A stretch of DNA of 40,822 nucleotides from a virus (taxonomy: Duplodnaviria; Caudoviricetes): positions 1 to 40,822 of the IMG/VR virus record IMGVR_UViG_3300026123_000009, one strand, 5' to 3'. The notes under the pieces are model-generated. The model did not search any database, was not told where the DNA came from, and worked only from the letters and a program-made list of their open reading frames with translations. This document shows, in pieces, positions 27,828 through 37,506 of this stretch; positions within the stretch are counted from its first letter, which is position 1; every line of letters starts with the position of its first letter. Both the position numbers and the translations under genes were made by a program.

Positions 27828-28643
27828 ATGAGCATTTTAGGAAAGGTTCTCGCTTCTACTGCTGACACATTGGTATATACTTGTCCAGCAAACCGCAGAG
27901 CGGTTGCTACATTGAACATTGCTAATATCAATACTGTCGCTCAAGAAATCAGAACTACTATTAGTATTAGAGAAGCAACAGATCTTCAGGTTGCCTCATT
28001 GACCATTATTGACGGTGGCAATAACTATAATACTGTGCCAAATCTGGCTATCGAAAACGCTACAGGCGATGTACCAGTTCAGGCTTCAGCGTCAGTCGTA
28101 TCTATGGAAGTAAAATCCTTTGATTTAGTGAATGGATCAATCGGTTACAACGTTGGCGATGTACTTTCAGCAGATGATGCAATTAACAAGCAAAACGGTG
28201 ACACTAACCTTGAAATCACAGTAGATACTGTAGACGTTGATGGCGTAATTACTGGATTTACAATTAATGATGGCGGCCGCTATCAGGATGTTATTGGCAG
28301 TGGAGATAATGTTACTTTCACCGGCGGTGACGGTACAGGCGCTGCAATCGATCAAAGCACACTTCTATATGGAATTAAAGAAGTTCAAGTCGATGAACCC
28401 GGTGATGATTACCTAGTAACACCAACCGTTTCAGTTTCAATCGGAAACGCCTCAATCGTTGCTGCGATGACATCTGACGATGTTTCAAAATATGATGCAA
28501 TCGATTATAACGTTCCAATTCCATTGGAAGGTACATTAGAAAGAAGTCCAATTGTTTTAGGTGCAGGTGACGCATTATACGTTAAGTCAGATACTCTTGA
28601 CTCGCTAAACGTGATTGTTTTCGGCGTTGAAGAAATCGCATAA
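27828..28643 (+). CDS. Virion structural protein (271 aa) with IxDGGxxY repeats
   Basis: AGGAG SD; VYTCPA...N and LER..IVL.AGD.L.V...V.V.GVEE ends flank IIDGGNNY/LVNGSIGY/INDGGRY/VDEPGDDY repeats. Confidence 0.75.
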   Translation: MSILGKVLASTADTLVYTCPANRRAVATLNIANINTVAQEIRTTISIREATDLQVASLTIIDGGNNYNTVPNLAIENATGDVPVQASASVVSMEVKSFDLVNGSIGYNVGDVLSADDAINKQNGDTNLEITVDTVDVDGVITGFTINDGGRYQDVIGSGDNVTFTGGDGTGAAIDQSTLLYGIKEVQVDEPGDDYLVTPTVSVSIGNASIVAAMTSDDVSKYDAIDYNVPIPLEGTLERSPIVLGAGDALYVKSDTLDSLNVIVFGVEEIA

Positions 28644-28659
28644 TTAAGGGGAGTAAATC

Positions 28660-31389
28660 ATGGGTAGAGAAATATATGTCGGTTCAAAACCGTACTTAGA
28701 AGACTTAATTGAAAACGAATTTGACTTTCGTGATGATCGTTTTTTCGAACACGAAGATTTTGCCGACGACAAATTTGTTCTTTTAGATGACCTCGTCGAT
28801 AAAGAGCGCTATTGGGCAAACATCAACTCCGCTGTTCGTCTGTTCGGCGGTATCATTCAGGATAATGGTGATGGTACCGTACGTGTAGCAAATGGTGGCG
28901 GGATGTGGAAGAGGGAAGCTTCTTCTGTAGAAGGTGTACCAATTGGTGAATGTGAGCCTATGACACTTAACGGTGCTCAAGGCGGAAAATTATTCTATTC
29001 TGAATTCGAAGGTACACCAAACTTAGAACTAACTAACAACGCATACAACTACATCTTCGTAGTTTGGGATCATACATTTGATAATGGTGATGGTACATAC
29101 GGTAAACCGATTGTGTATGCTAACACCAACTTTTATCTAGCTGACTGGGAAAACGATCCAGCGTATTACGACTTCAGAGATTCTCACCCAGAGTTAAATC
29201 TCCCAGCAAGACGTTCTGGTAACTTGCACGCATTCACCCTTGGTCGTGTTTATAAAATGGACAACGAAATAACAATTCGTGTATGTGGTACTAACGGTTG
29301 GAACTTTAACAAACGTCTACAGTTATTTGGTGAAGAATTCTTCCCAGTAATTCGTGCACGAGGTCTTGGTATTGAACCTATCGCCGGAACTCTTAAATTT
29401 AACGTAACTGAAGGTGTTATGTGGGCGGAAATGATTAACCGTTTCACAGTACGCGAATTTAACATGGAAGTCGGCGATACATTCTTTGCATGGTACAGAC
29501 ACAGTGCAACCGAAACACCATTGAGTATAGATGAAATCAACACAACATATCCTCTTGGTCTAGATGGTGAAGAGTTTGCGATGCTACAATCAACTGTAGA
29601 TAATAAGTACTACAGATTCATTAAAGGTTGGAACGTTATTGGCCCAACAATTGACGTTGGCAATGGATTATTAGATTTTGGTCCTAAAATTCTTAATAGT
29701 ATTATTGGTGATGTTTATACGACTCATTTTTCAGTACAAGACTTAGCAGATAACGGTGTCTCAATTACATGGAATTCTGGAACTGGATCTGTGGATCTAG
29801 CGTCTACTGATGGAAATCCAAAATACATCAGGCTTGAAGGTTCTGATAGTAATGAAGATGTACAGTTAACGTATGTTGAAGCATCGTACGGAAATACCGT
29901 TACAACTACCTTTGATACTGCTGTTTGGGATTTACCCGCCGACGGTACACCCGTTACGATAGGTTCAGTTGGTGATGTTCAATCACTTGTTCAAATTGAT
30001 CTTATCGGCGGCACAGGCGCATGGGACATTAAACATGAATCATACCCTATTGCTGAATCGTTCTTTGATACAGTCCCAGGAAACGAATATGTAATGACGT
30101 TTAGCAGTGTTAATTCTGTTGCTGATTTTGCATTAAAAGTTGGCGATGAATATCAGGGTAATAGCATTCATGACGCAGTATATACTGGAACTGATCTCGG
30201 TGTTTTCAACAACGAAATTTCTATCACTTTCACTGCTACTTCAGACGTTACATTTATTTGGATGGAATCTAAAGAAAATTCTACAATCAGTGAAATTAAT
30301 GTTACGATTGATATGGGCGATGGTCCTATAAATGTATACCATGAAACATTTGAAGCAAATCACATTAGCCAATGGGTTGAAGTTGACGATTACATTAATT
30401 CGAAAAAGCATATCACTAATAGTTTCCCTACATTAAGTGATTTAGCAACTGCTCATCCAACAGGTTTTAGAAACCTTTCTGATGGAATTGACTATGTTGT
30501 TCTACAGCTTCAGGCAACCGACGCGTTTTATCGCTATGATGCAGCTTTCCCGGCTGGTGACAGATGGAGATTCTTTGGTGATAAGACAACCGCTCACAAC
30601 TATGTAACAGTAGCATTTATTGGTAACGTTGCTGGTATGAATGCTGAATGGCCGAACGGTTACACCGGCGTAATCAACGTCATCGCGGATGTTGACGAAA
30701 ATACCGAACACTATGAATATTCTGGTGTAATTGGTGATGAAGGTTGGAAGCAGGTTGAAGGTTATGTTGAAAGAAACGGCTGGTTACGTTTCTATAAACA
30801 AGACGGTGTTGATCCATTAAGATACAACAATACAACGACTAATACACTTAAATATATTCCAATTGGATATTACGGTGTAGCTTGGATCTATATGGTTCAT
30901 GATAACACATGTCATGTTGTTTATGGACAAGATTATTACACCAACGAACAAGCTAAACTTGCTGCTTTACCAACACCATTGCCCGGTTTGCTAGCAGCTT
31001 ACTCGACACTTGTCGGTAAAATGACATTTACACGTGGTGGTACTTCGTTCGAAAATGCTGAATCTCCATTCCTTGAGAAATTCGTATCTTCTGGTGTAGC
31101 ACTCCACAACGACCTTGCTGGTCTTGACGGTGGTTCTTCTTCTCAGAATAAATACTACCATATGGATGAAATCCAATACAACCAAGTTTCAGATTGGGTA
31201 GCAAACGGTGTTCGCGATCTTACATTTAGAAACGAAATCGAAGGTAATCAAACTGCAGTGAATAATGCAATGACATTTAGTAAAGATTTACTAACCATTC
31301 AAGGTTCTACTGTTTACACAATACCATCCGATGCAATTCATTACGTTCTTGGTAATAACGGATTAAGAACTTGGTCAGATACAGAATAA
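28660..31389 (+). CDS. Large virion structural/fibre protein (909 aa)
   Basis: GGGGAG SD; HNDLAGLDGG...YYH motif near the C-terminus; location in late tail cluster. Confidence 0.75.
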   Translation: MGREIYVGSKPYLEDLIENEFDFRDDRFFEHEDFADDKFVLLDDLVDKERYWANINSAVRLFGGIIQDNGDGTVRVANGGGMWKREASSVEGVPIGECEPMTLNGAQGGKLFYSEFEGTPNLELTNNAYNYIFVVWDHTFDNGDGTYGKPIVYANTNFYLADWENDPAYYDFRDSHPELNLPARRSGNLHAFTLGRVYKMDNEITIRVCGTNGWNFNKRLQLFGEEFFPVIRARGLGIEPIAGTLKFNVTEGVMWAEMINRFTVREFNMEVGDTFFAWYRHSATETPLSIDEINTTYPLGLDGEEFAMLQSTVDNKYYRFIKGWNVIGPTIDVGNGLLDFGPKILNSIIGDVYTTHFSVQDLADNGVSITWNSGTGSVDLASTDGNPKYIRLEGSDSNEDVQLTYVEASYGNTVTTTFDTAVWDLPADGTPVTIGSVGDVQSLVQIDLIGGTGAWDIKHESYPIAESFFDTVPGNEYVMTFSSVNSVADFALKVGDEYQGNSIHDAVYTGTDLGVFNNEISITFTATSDVTFIWMESKENSTISEINVTIDMGDGPINVYHETFEANHISQWVEVDDYINSKKHITNSFPTLSDLATAHPTGFRNLSDGIDYVVLQLQATDAFYRYDAAFPAGDRWRFFGDKTTAHNYVTVAFIGNVAGMNAEWPNGYTGVINVIADVDENTEHYEYSGVIGDEGWKQVEGYVERNGWLRFYKQDGVDPLRYNNTTTNTLKYIPIGYYGVAWIYMVHDNTCHVVYGQDYYTNEQAKLAALPTPLPGLLAAYSTLVGKMTFTRGGTSFENAESPFLEKFVSSGVALHNDLAGLDGGSSSQNKYYHMDEIQYNQVSDWVANGVRDLTFRNEIEGNQTAVNNAMTFSKDLLTIQGSTVYTIPSDAIHYVLGNNGLRTWSDTE

Positions 31390-31404
31390 TAAAGGATAAA
31401 ATAA

Positions 31405-32571
31405 ATGTCTAAAATAGTAGTAGATCAAATAGAAAAATCTGGAGGGCCAACGTTATCGTTGCCTCCAGTAGGTAACGTACCAGTTGAGGGCGACTTCTTA
31501 GCAGTCGCTCCCGACGGCCAATTAACCTTTGCTCAACCCGACTTTAGTCCAATTGACGATGCTGTTGCAGGTGTTCAAGGACAGATTGATACTGCATTAG
31601 CACAAGTAGATGCAGCAGTGCTGGCTTTAGGAGATATTAATACAGACGATTTTAGTAATAGATTTGGTCATGATAAAATTACGCTAAATGGCACCTTCGG
31701 CAGTGAATTGCGTTTTTATCTTCCGCCCAGCACAGATTTAATGCAATCGAACGGATCTATTGGTACTGCTGAAGCGGGGTGCGCAACAGGTACCTATTGT
31801 GGTAGCAGTGGCGGCAGCACCAGCTGGACAGTTCCTGCCGGTGTAACTGAAGCCCAATTCCAAATTTGGGGAGCTGGCGGTAATGGTGGTGGTGGAAGGA
31901 ACGGTTGCTGTAGCTTTGGTTCAATGGGCGCAAACGGCGAATATAATTACGTTTGGATGAACGTTACTGAGGGTGATGTATTTACTCTATGTGGTGGCGG
32001 AGCGTGCCAAGGTGGCGGATGTAACGGTGCATATTCTTGTCACGGTTGTAATTCATACGTTTGTGGTTCCAATAATACATGTATAATGGCATGTGGCGGA
32101 TACGGTTATTGCGAAGTTCAATACGGTTATAACTATCCAAAAGCTAATAGGTTTGGTCAATTTTTTGCTACATCGTCTGGTAGTGTGGGCAATTATTGTA
32201 CAATGTCAATGGGTATATGTAATGACGTTCATGGTGAAGAATCAATACGTAATAACGGTCTCAGCGGATTTGGTTGTAGCACTTCCAGTTATGATTTTAT
32301 TAAATGTGCAAAAATTCCATCAGCGGTTGGAACAATTCGCAGCTGTGGTTGTATGAACTGCGCTATTCACCATGACCAAGCTCCACTTCCAAACTCTACA
32401 CATTCTTTCTGCAGAAATACTATAGGTTGGGCCTATTGTGGTGGCGGATGTCTATGTACCAATTCTGGATGCTTCGGTCTGGGTGGCTGGGGTACCGTGA
32501 ATACGGGTTGTTGTTGTGTAGATTATGGTTCACATGGTCGCGTTGGTAAAGTTTGTGTTAACTACAAATAA
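31405..32571 (+). CDS. Cys/Gly-rich adhesin-like protein, paralogue 1 (388 aa)
   Basis: MSKIVVDQIEKSGGP N-terminus; WTVPAGVTEAQFQIWGAGG; about 29 Cys. Confidence 0.85.
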   Translation: MSKIVVDQIEKSGGPTLSLPPVGNVPVEGDFLAVAPDGQLTFAQPDFSPIDDAVAGVQGQIDTALAQVDAAVLALGDINTDDFSNRFGHDKITLNGTFGSELRFYLPPSTDLMQSNGSIGTAEAGCATGTYCGSSGGSTSWTVPAGVTEAQFQIWGAGGNGGGGRNGCCSFGSMGANGEYNYVWMNVTEGDVFTLCGGGACQGGGCNGAYSCHGCNSYVCGSNNTCIMACGGYGYCEVQYGYNYPKANRFGQFFATSSGSVGNYCTMSMGICNDVHGEESIRNNGLSGFGCSTSSYDFIKCAKIPSAVGTIRSCGCMNCAIHHDQAPLPNSTHSFCRNTIGWAYCGGGCLCTNSGCFGLGGWGTVNTGCCCVDYGSHGRVGKVCVNYK

Positions 32572-32579
32572 AGGAAATT

Positions 32580-33041
32580 ATGATGGAAATTACTTATACT
32601 TATAAAGGTGTTGAAAAAACAATTGATTATGATCTTCCTGAAAAGTTGTATCTAAGACACGATTGGAACAATTATTCAATCAACAAAGCGTCATTTGATA
32701 AGTTCGCTTATCAAGATGACCCAGCTAATCAGCATCATTACAGCACAATCACCACAGCAGATGATATTCTCAAGGCAGGTTGGGTTTGGGAAAAATACAT
32801 TAACGAAATGGATGCTGAAGATGAAACAATTGAAGAAATTGCAGCGGTATATAATGCAGAATATGAGATGGGCGAAGACGGTAATATTACATTTACCTTA
32901 AAAGCTGGTCCACTGTCTGAAGCACCTGCTGATAATTCTTTAGATAATGTTGAATCAGAAATTTCTGCAGCTAATATAGATTCTACAACTAAACAAGCAC
33001 TATTGGACGTAATTGCAGCCATTAAGGCACAGCAAAGCTAA
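32580..33041 (+). CDS. Acidic partner/chaperone-like protein, paralogue 1
   Basis: DLP..L.LR.DWN and DP....HYS.I shared with ORF 34224. Confidence 0.78.
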   Translation: MMEITYTYKGVEKTIDYDLPEKLYLRHDWNNYSINKASFDKFAYQDDPANQHHYSTITTADDILKAGWVWEKYINEMDAEDETIEEIAAVYNAEYEMGEDGNITFTLKAGPLSEAPADNSLDNVESEISAANIDSTTKQALLDVIAAIKAQQS

Positions 33042-33049
33042 TATAAATA
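33042..33049 (+). promoter_or_regulatory. T4 late promoter TATAAATA
   Basis: Exact consensus heading cassette 2. Confidence 0.8.
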
Positions 33050-33071
33050 ATAATAGAAATTAGGAGAAATT

Positions 33072-34211
33072 ATGTCTAAGATAGTAGTAGATCAAATTCA
33101 AAAATCTGGCGGTCCGACTTTAAACCTACCGCTAGTAGGTAATACACCAGCAGAAGGTGATTATCTTGCGGTTGACGCAAACGGGCAATTGACTTTTGAA
33201 AACCCAAACGTTGAAGCAAGAGTCGCCGCGGCACTCGTTCAGCCTTTATCTGATATTCAAGATATCGCGGATGGTGTTGATGCTGTGATTGCATCTGTTT
33301 CTGCCACTCCGCCATCAGCTATTCAAGCAAACTCGTACGGCATACAAGTTCCGGCCTTGTCTGCTACTCTTTTAGATCCAGTTGGAGATATAATGGTCGG
33401 CGATGGTGGCTCTAATGGGTATTGCCACACGGGTTGTTCGTGCATTTGGACTGTACCTGCAGGTGTGACTCAAGCTCAATTCCAAATTTGGGGAGCCGGT
33501 GGTAATGGTACAGGATGTAACGTTTCTGCTTGTTGTAGAACAGGTATGATGGGTTCTAATGGTGAATATAATTACGTTTGGATGAAAGTTACCGAAGGTG
33601 ATACTTATACACTATGCGCAGGATGTGCATACGCTGATGCTGCACCATGTTATAGTTATCAGGCTTGTCACGGTTGTAATTCTTATGTATGTGGTTCAAA
33701 CAATACATGTATCATGGCATGTGGTGGAACAACTGGACACACAATTGGATGTGGTTTCGGTTTGAGAACATACTTCCCTGGTTCTTATCAATCACAAGAC
33801 TGTTCGTGGCTAGAAGGTGGTATGTACTGCACAGCATACTTATGTACTAGTACGTTGGCCAACGCAGTACCTAGATTTAACGGTATTTGTGGTTTTGGGT
33901 GTACTACAAGTTCTAATGAAATAGTCTCAGAAGCTAAAGTCCCATCATACGTTGGTTCTATGCGAAAATGTACAACTTGTAACACTGGATATGTTTGTCA
34001 AAAAACCGGACCGGTAGTAACTATAGATCACAAACTCTATGAATACGGTGCTTGGCTAGCATATCTGGGTGGTTGTTGCTGCTGGACTTCTGCGAACTAT
34101 AATTATCCTGGGATGGGTGGTTCTGGTTTTAATATGCAATGTAACTATAGTAGTGCACCATGTTATGCTGATCGCGGTCGCGGTGGTATGATCTGTGTGA
34201 AATACAAGTAA
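33072..34211 (+). CDS. Cys/Gly-rich adhesin-like protein, paralogue 2 (379 aa)
   Basis: MSKIVVDQIQKSGGP; WTVPAGVTQAQFQIWGAGG; about 29 Cys. Confidence 0.85.
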   Translation: MSKIVVDQIQKSGGPTLNLPLVGNTPAEGDYLAVDANGQLTFENPNVEARVAAALVQPLSDIQDIADGVDAVIASVSATPPSAIQANSYGIQVPALSATLLDPVGDIMVGDGGSNGYCHTGCSCIWTVPAGVTQAQFQIWGAGGNGTGCNVSACCRTGMMGSNGEYNYVWMKVTEGDTYTLCAGCAYADAAPCYSYQACHGCNSYVCGSNNTCIMACGGTTGHTIGCGFGLRTYFPGSYQSQDCSWLEGGMYCTAYLCTSTLANAVPRFNGICGFGCTTSSNEIVSEAKVPSYVGSMRKCTTCNTGYVCQKTGPVVTIDHKLYEYGAWLAYLGGCCCWTSANYNYPGMGGSGFNMQCNYSSAPCYADRGRGGMICVKYK

Positions 34212-34223
34212 GGAATTAAAGAG

Positions 34224-34604
34224 ATGTTAACAGAAATTAATTATCAATACGCGGATCAAAAGAGTTTTTCTTTTGATCTTCCTCCTACTCTTCATTTAAG
34301 ATTAGACTGGAACACAAAACAAATATTGTTTAGTGCATTAAGAAGCTACGATTTCGAAAACGACCCAAAGGACATGTATCATTATAGTTCAATTGCGTGC
34401 GGAAATTTTAAAATCTTATCATTTTACTTATATATGAAACATATTGAATTTATTGAAGAATTTTCTACACAGTTTGACGAAATCGCTGAAGCCTATTCGT
34501 TCAGTACGAGAATTGATGAAGATGGAAACGCAATTTTTGAAACTAACTACGATGGCATTCCTGAACCAGCTGTTGACGAAGATCCTGTGGATCCAACAGT
34601 ATAA
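34224..34604 (+). CDS. Acidic partner/chaperone-like protein, paralogue 2
   Basis: Aligns with ORF 32580 (EIxYxY, DLP, LRxDWN, EDGN..F). Confidence 0.78.
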   Translation: MLTEINYQYADQKSFSFDLPPTLHLRLDWNTKQILFSALRSYDFENDPKDMYHYSSIACGNFKILSFYLYMKHIEFIEEFSTQFDEIAEAYSFSTRIDEDGNAIFETNYDGIPEPAVDEDPVDPTV

Positions 34605-34607
34605 ATA
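34600..34607 (+). promoter_or_regulatory. T4 late promoter TATAAATA
   Basis: Exact consensus overlapping the stop codon, heading cassette 3. Confidence 0.8.
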
Positions 34608-34631
34608 TTAAAAAATATAGGAATTTAAAAT

Positions 34632-35723
34632 ATGTCTAAAATAGTAGTAGATCAAATTCAAAAATCTGGTGGACCAGTGTTATCACTACCACCAAGCACT
34701 GCTCCGGCACCTGTTGAGGGTGACTTCCTAGCAGTTGATGCTGATGGTAATTTAACCTTTGCTCAACCTGACTTTAGTCCAATCGCTGCTGCAGTACTAA
34801 CAGTAAATGAAATTGCCGCAACACTAAAGCCCGGTACTCAATATACGAACCATGAAAACACAGCATATTCGTCTTCAGTAATCCCGTCAACATTACCAAT
34901 CAATTTAGTATCAACCGATGCATTTTTGGATGGTGCTACAACAACTATTAGAGTAAATGACGGAACAACATACTATTGTGGTGGTGCTGCTGGTGCTTCT
35001 TGTAATTGGACAGTGCCAGCTGGTGTAACACAAGCTCAATTCCAAGTTTGGGGGTCTGGTGCGCCAGGGGCGAGTCAGCTCCAATGTTGTACATTCGGTT
35101 CTAACGGTGGTGATGGTGCTTATTCGTTTGTTCAAATGGCTGTTTCTGAAGGCGAAATATATTGCATGTGTTCTGGTGGTGCATGTGCTACTGGCATCTA
35201 TAATGGAAATTACGCATGTTCTGGGTGTAACTCATTTGTTTGTTCCGGCGACTCAGCAACAACGATACTATCATGTGGCGCACCGGCATATGATTCTTGT
35301 TACATTGGATTTAATAACACGATCGGTACTCAATACTGTGTTAGTTTAAACACTTACATCAGTGAATCTACTCAGATCGGCTTCTCAGAAGCATGGGCAC
35401 GAACAGACGGCGGTCAAATAACAACAAGTAATGATATCTATTTGCAATCGCAAGTTAGAGCAAGAAAAGGACCTTGGTCTGGTAACAGTTGCAACTGTTG
35501 TTATATACATGCTGTTTCTACTGCACACATTGATTGCAATCATATTGTATCTAGATGCTACGGCGGAATGGTATGTGATCTTAGCGGTGTGAATGGTTGT
35601 TGCGCTTATACGTCAGACAGAGGACCTGGCCGAGGTGGCTGGGGTGCTTGGCATAATGCCAACTGTTATCCTTGTCACGGCGCATTTGGTAATTCTGGCG
35701 AAGTATTGCTAACTTTTAAATAA
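34632..35723 (+). CDS. Cys/Gly-rich adhesin-like protein, paralogue 3 (363 aa)
   Basis: MSKIVVDQIQKSGGP; WTVPAGVTQAQFQVWGSG; about 23 Cys. Confidence 0.85.
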   Translation: MSKIVVDQIQKSGGPVLSLPPSTAPAPVEGDFLAVDADGNLTFAQPDFSPIAAAVLTVNEIAATLKPGTQYTNHENTAYSSSVIPSTLPINLVSTDAFLDGATTTIRVNDGTTYYCGGAAGASCNWTVPAGVTQAQFQVWGSGAPGASQLQCCTFGSNGGDGAYSFVQMAVSEGEIYCMCSGGACATGIYNGNYACSGCNSFVCSGDSATTILSCGAPAYDSCYIGFNNTIGTQYCVSLNTYISESTQIGFSEAWARTDGGQITTSNDIYLQSQVRARKGPWSGNSCNCCYIHAVSTAHIDCNHIVSRCYGGMVCDLSGVNGCCAYTSDRGPGRGGWGAWHNANCYPCHGAFGNSGEVLLTFK

Positions 35724-35732
35724 GGATTGATT

Positions 35733-36173
35733 ATGCACGCACAAATAACATTTAACACAATATTAGGAGAGACTAGCAAAACTGTTAGTCTTCCTAGCTA
35801 TCTTTTTGTTAAAATCGAAAAGCGCACTGGTGAGTGGATCAAGATTTCTGATGATGACTCTGAATTTCAGAATGACGACAGAAACGTTTATACGTTTAAA
35901 ACTATCCACGTTAATGATACTAACAAGGAAGTTATGGCATGGTTCTGGGATAGAGATACTAATGTAATGCCAGATGGCGAAGATGATAATGTATATTTAG
36001 CAGAAGGTCTAAGTGCTGAATACGATCCTTCTCTTGGCAATGTACCATATAAATTGGTTCAAAGAGTATTCCCTTCAACTGACCCTAAACAAGACGCACT
36101 CGATGCTATCAATGCATTAAATATTAGTGAAGATGCTAAAGCTGCTATGATTGCAGTGGTTGAAAATTCATAA
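35733..36173 (+). CDS. Acidic partner/chaperone-like protein, paralogue 3
   Basis: ATG 35733 with AAGGA SD; LP..L, FQNDD....F.TI, W.W and I.A.NI....K.A tail resemble ORF 32580. Confidence 0.72.
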   Translation: MHAQITFNTILGETSKTVSLPSYLFVKIEKRTGEWIKISDDDSEFQNDDRNVYTFKTIHVNDTNKEVMAWFWDRDTNVMPDGEDDNVYLAEGLSAEYDPSLGNVPYKLVQRVFPSTDPKQDALDAINALNISEDAKAAMIAVVENS

Positions 36174-36184
36174 TAACAAAAAAC

Positions 36185-36202
36185 ATATATATATATATAT
36201 AT
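36185..36202. repeat. (AT)9 microsatellite
   Basis: ATATATATATATATATAT read directly. Confidence 0.9.
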
Positions 36203-36211
36203 TATACGTTT

Positions 36212-36236
36212 GGGGCACGTAAGTGCTCCTTTTTTT
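36212..36236 (+). terminator. Rho-independent terminator
   Basis: GGGGCAC-GTAA-GTGCTCC-T7. Confidence 0.9.
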
Positions 36237-36267
36237 GCGCAAAAATTAAATAACACTATTTTATAAT

Positions 36268-36275
36268 TATAAATA
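36268..36275 (+). promoter_or_regulatory. T4 late promoter TATAAATA
   Basis: Exact consensus about 30 bp upstream of the glycosyltransferase. Confidence 0.75.
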
Positions 36276-36305
36276 ATTTCATATAAACAAACCTGAAGGA
36301 TGAAC

Positions 36306-37466
36306 ATGAAAAAAGCTTTTGTACTCAATGGCGGCGCCGGCCGCATTCTTTGTGCTCTACCAGCATTAGAGCATCATATCAAAAATATAGACCCAACAGC
36401 ACCAATCATTGCAGAAGGTTGGCAAGAATTGTATCTTGCAAGTCCTGAAATTGCATCAAACGTGTATTCGCCAGAACACAAAAATATTTTTGAAATCATT
36501 AAAGATCGCGAGATTATTTCTCCAGAACCTTATCGTTTAAATGCGTATTTTAATCAGAAATGTAATCTAATTCAGGCATTTGATATGCTTATCAATTATG
36601 ATACACCACCAGAAGAAATTCCGGAATCTAAAGAATATGCATTTACAGTTGGAAAAGCAGATCAAATTAAAGGTTTTAATTTAATCAACGACATTCGCAA
36701 ACAAACTGGTCGTGATAGAGTGATAGTATTCCAACCGTTTGGGCGCGGTACTAGAATGGAAGGTGAATTAGTTCTAGACGAATCTGGAAGATCTTTTGAA
36801 CTAGCAGATATTATCACAATCGTTAAAGCTCTATCTAGAGAATACGCAGTTATTTTAATGTCTGAATTTATGCCACCCGTAAAGGAACCAATTCCAGCTA
36901 TCGTTCCCCAGAATCTTTCGTTGCTGCAATGGATGGGTGTTATTCAAAACGCTGATTACTTCTTAGGTTGTGACTCAGTTGGTCAACACATGGCGAATGC
37001 ACTTGGTAAACCAGCTACAGTTGTTATAGGTAGTACATTCCCTGAGAATATTTCATACCCAAGCAATAAAGATTTTATTATTATTGACAACGGCAAAGGT
37101 AAACGAAAATATTCGCCAATTCGTGTAGGTTGGGATATGGCAATTGAAAGAAATAACGAAACACTTATGTATCTTGAACAACAAACAATCGCGGATATCG
37201 TGAATGGTATATATAAGAAACTAGGTAAAAATACAGGTTATTTTGCTAAAAGGGCTAAAGAAGAGCAAGAAAAAGCTGCACAAGCTGGTACATGTAGTTT
37301 AGATGGTTGCGGATGCGGTCCAGAACCAACGCAGACAACCACAGTATCTGCACCACCAGTGAGCGAAAGTAAATTGACAAACGCAATTAAAGCAACTGTT
37401 GCGAAAAAAGATAAAAAGGCACAACAAACGGTAGGTGCTAAAGTTCCGGATAAAAAAGTTAAATAA
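36306..37466 (+). CDS. GT-B glycosyltransferase, GT9 (heptosyltransferase)-like
   Basis: GGAGRILCALPAL, FQPFG, L.QW..VI..AD.FLGCDS...H.A.ALGKP..V..G.T.P; start 36306 fits the AAGGA SD. Confidence 0.78.
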   Translation: MKKAFVLNGGAGRILCALPALEHHIKNIDPTAPIIAEGWQELYLASPEIASNVYSPEHKNIFEIIKDREIISPEPYRLNAYFNQKCNLIQAFDMLINYDTPPEEIPESKEYAFTVGKADQIKGFNLINDIRKQTGRDRVIVFQPFGRGTRMEGELVLDESGRSFELADIITIVKALSREYAVILMSEFMPPVKEPIPAIVPQNLSLLQWMGVIQNADYFLGCDSVGQHMANALGKPATVVIGSTFPENISYPSNKDFIIIDNGKGKRKYSPIRVGWDMAIERNNETLMYLEQQTIADIVNGIYKKLGKNTGYFAKRAKEEQEKAAQAGTCSLDGCGCGPEPTQTTTVSAPPVSESKLTNAIKATVAKKDKKAQQTVGAKVPDKKVK

Positions 37467-37471
37467 GACTT

Positions 37472-37480
37472 TGTTATAAT
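37472..37480 (+). promoter_or_regulatory. Extended -10 promoter (TGnTATAAT)
   Basis: TGTTATAAT in the gap before the carbamoyltransferase; similar AGTTATAAT at 1142-1150 before groEL. Confidence 0.55.
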
Positions 37481-37506
37481 ATTCTTTTAGAGGTGAAGGA
37501 AAAAAC

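Noticed and set aside
31405-35723. Diversity-generating retroelement or invertible shufflon behind the paralogous adhesins
   Set aside because: No reverse transcriptase, recombinase, inverted repeats or adenine-specific template/variable pair seen; differences are mostly third-position changes
15788-35723. Stop-codon recoding or selenocysteine in the Cys-rich genes
   Set aside because: All ORFs are intact in the standard code with no internal TGA or TAG
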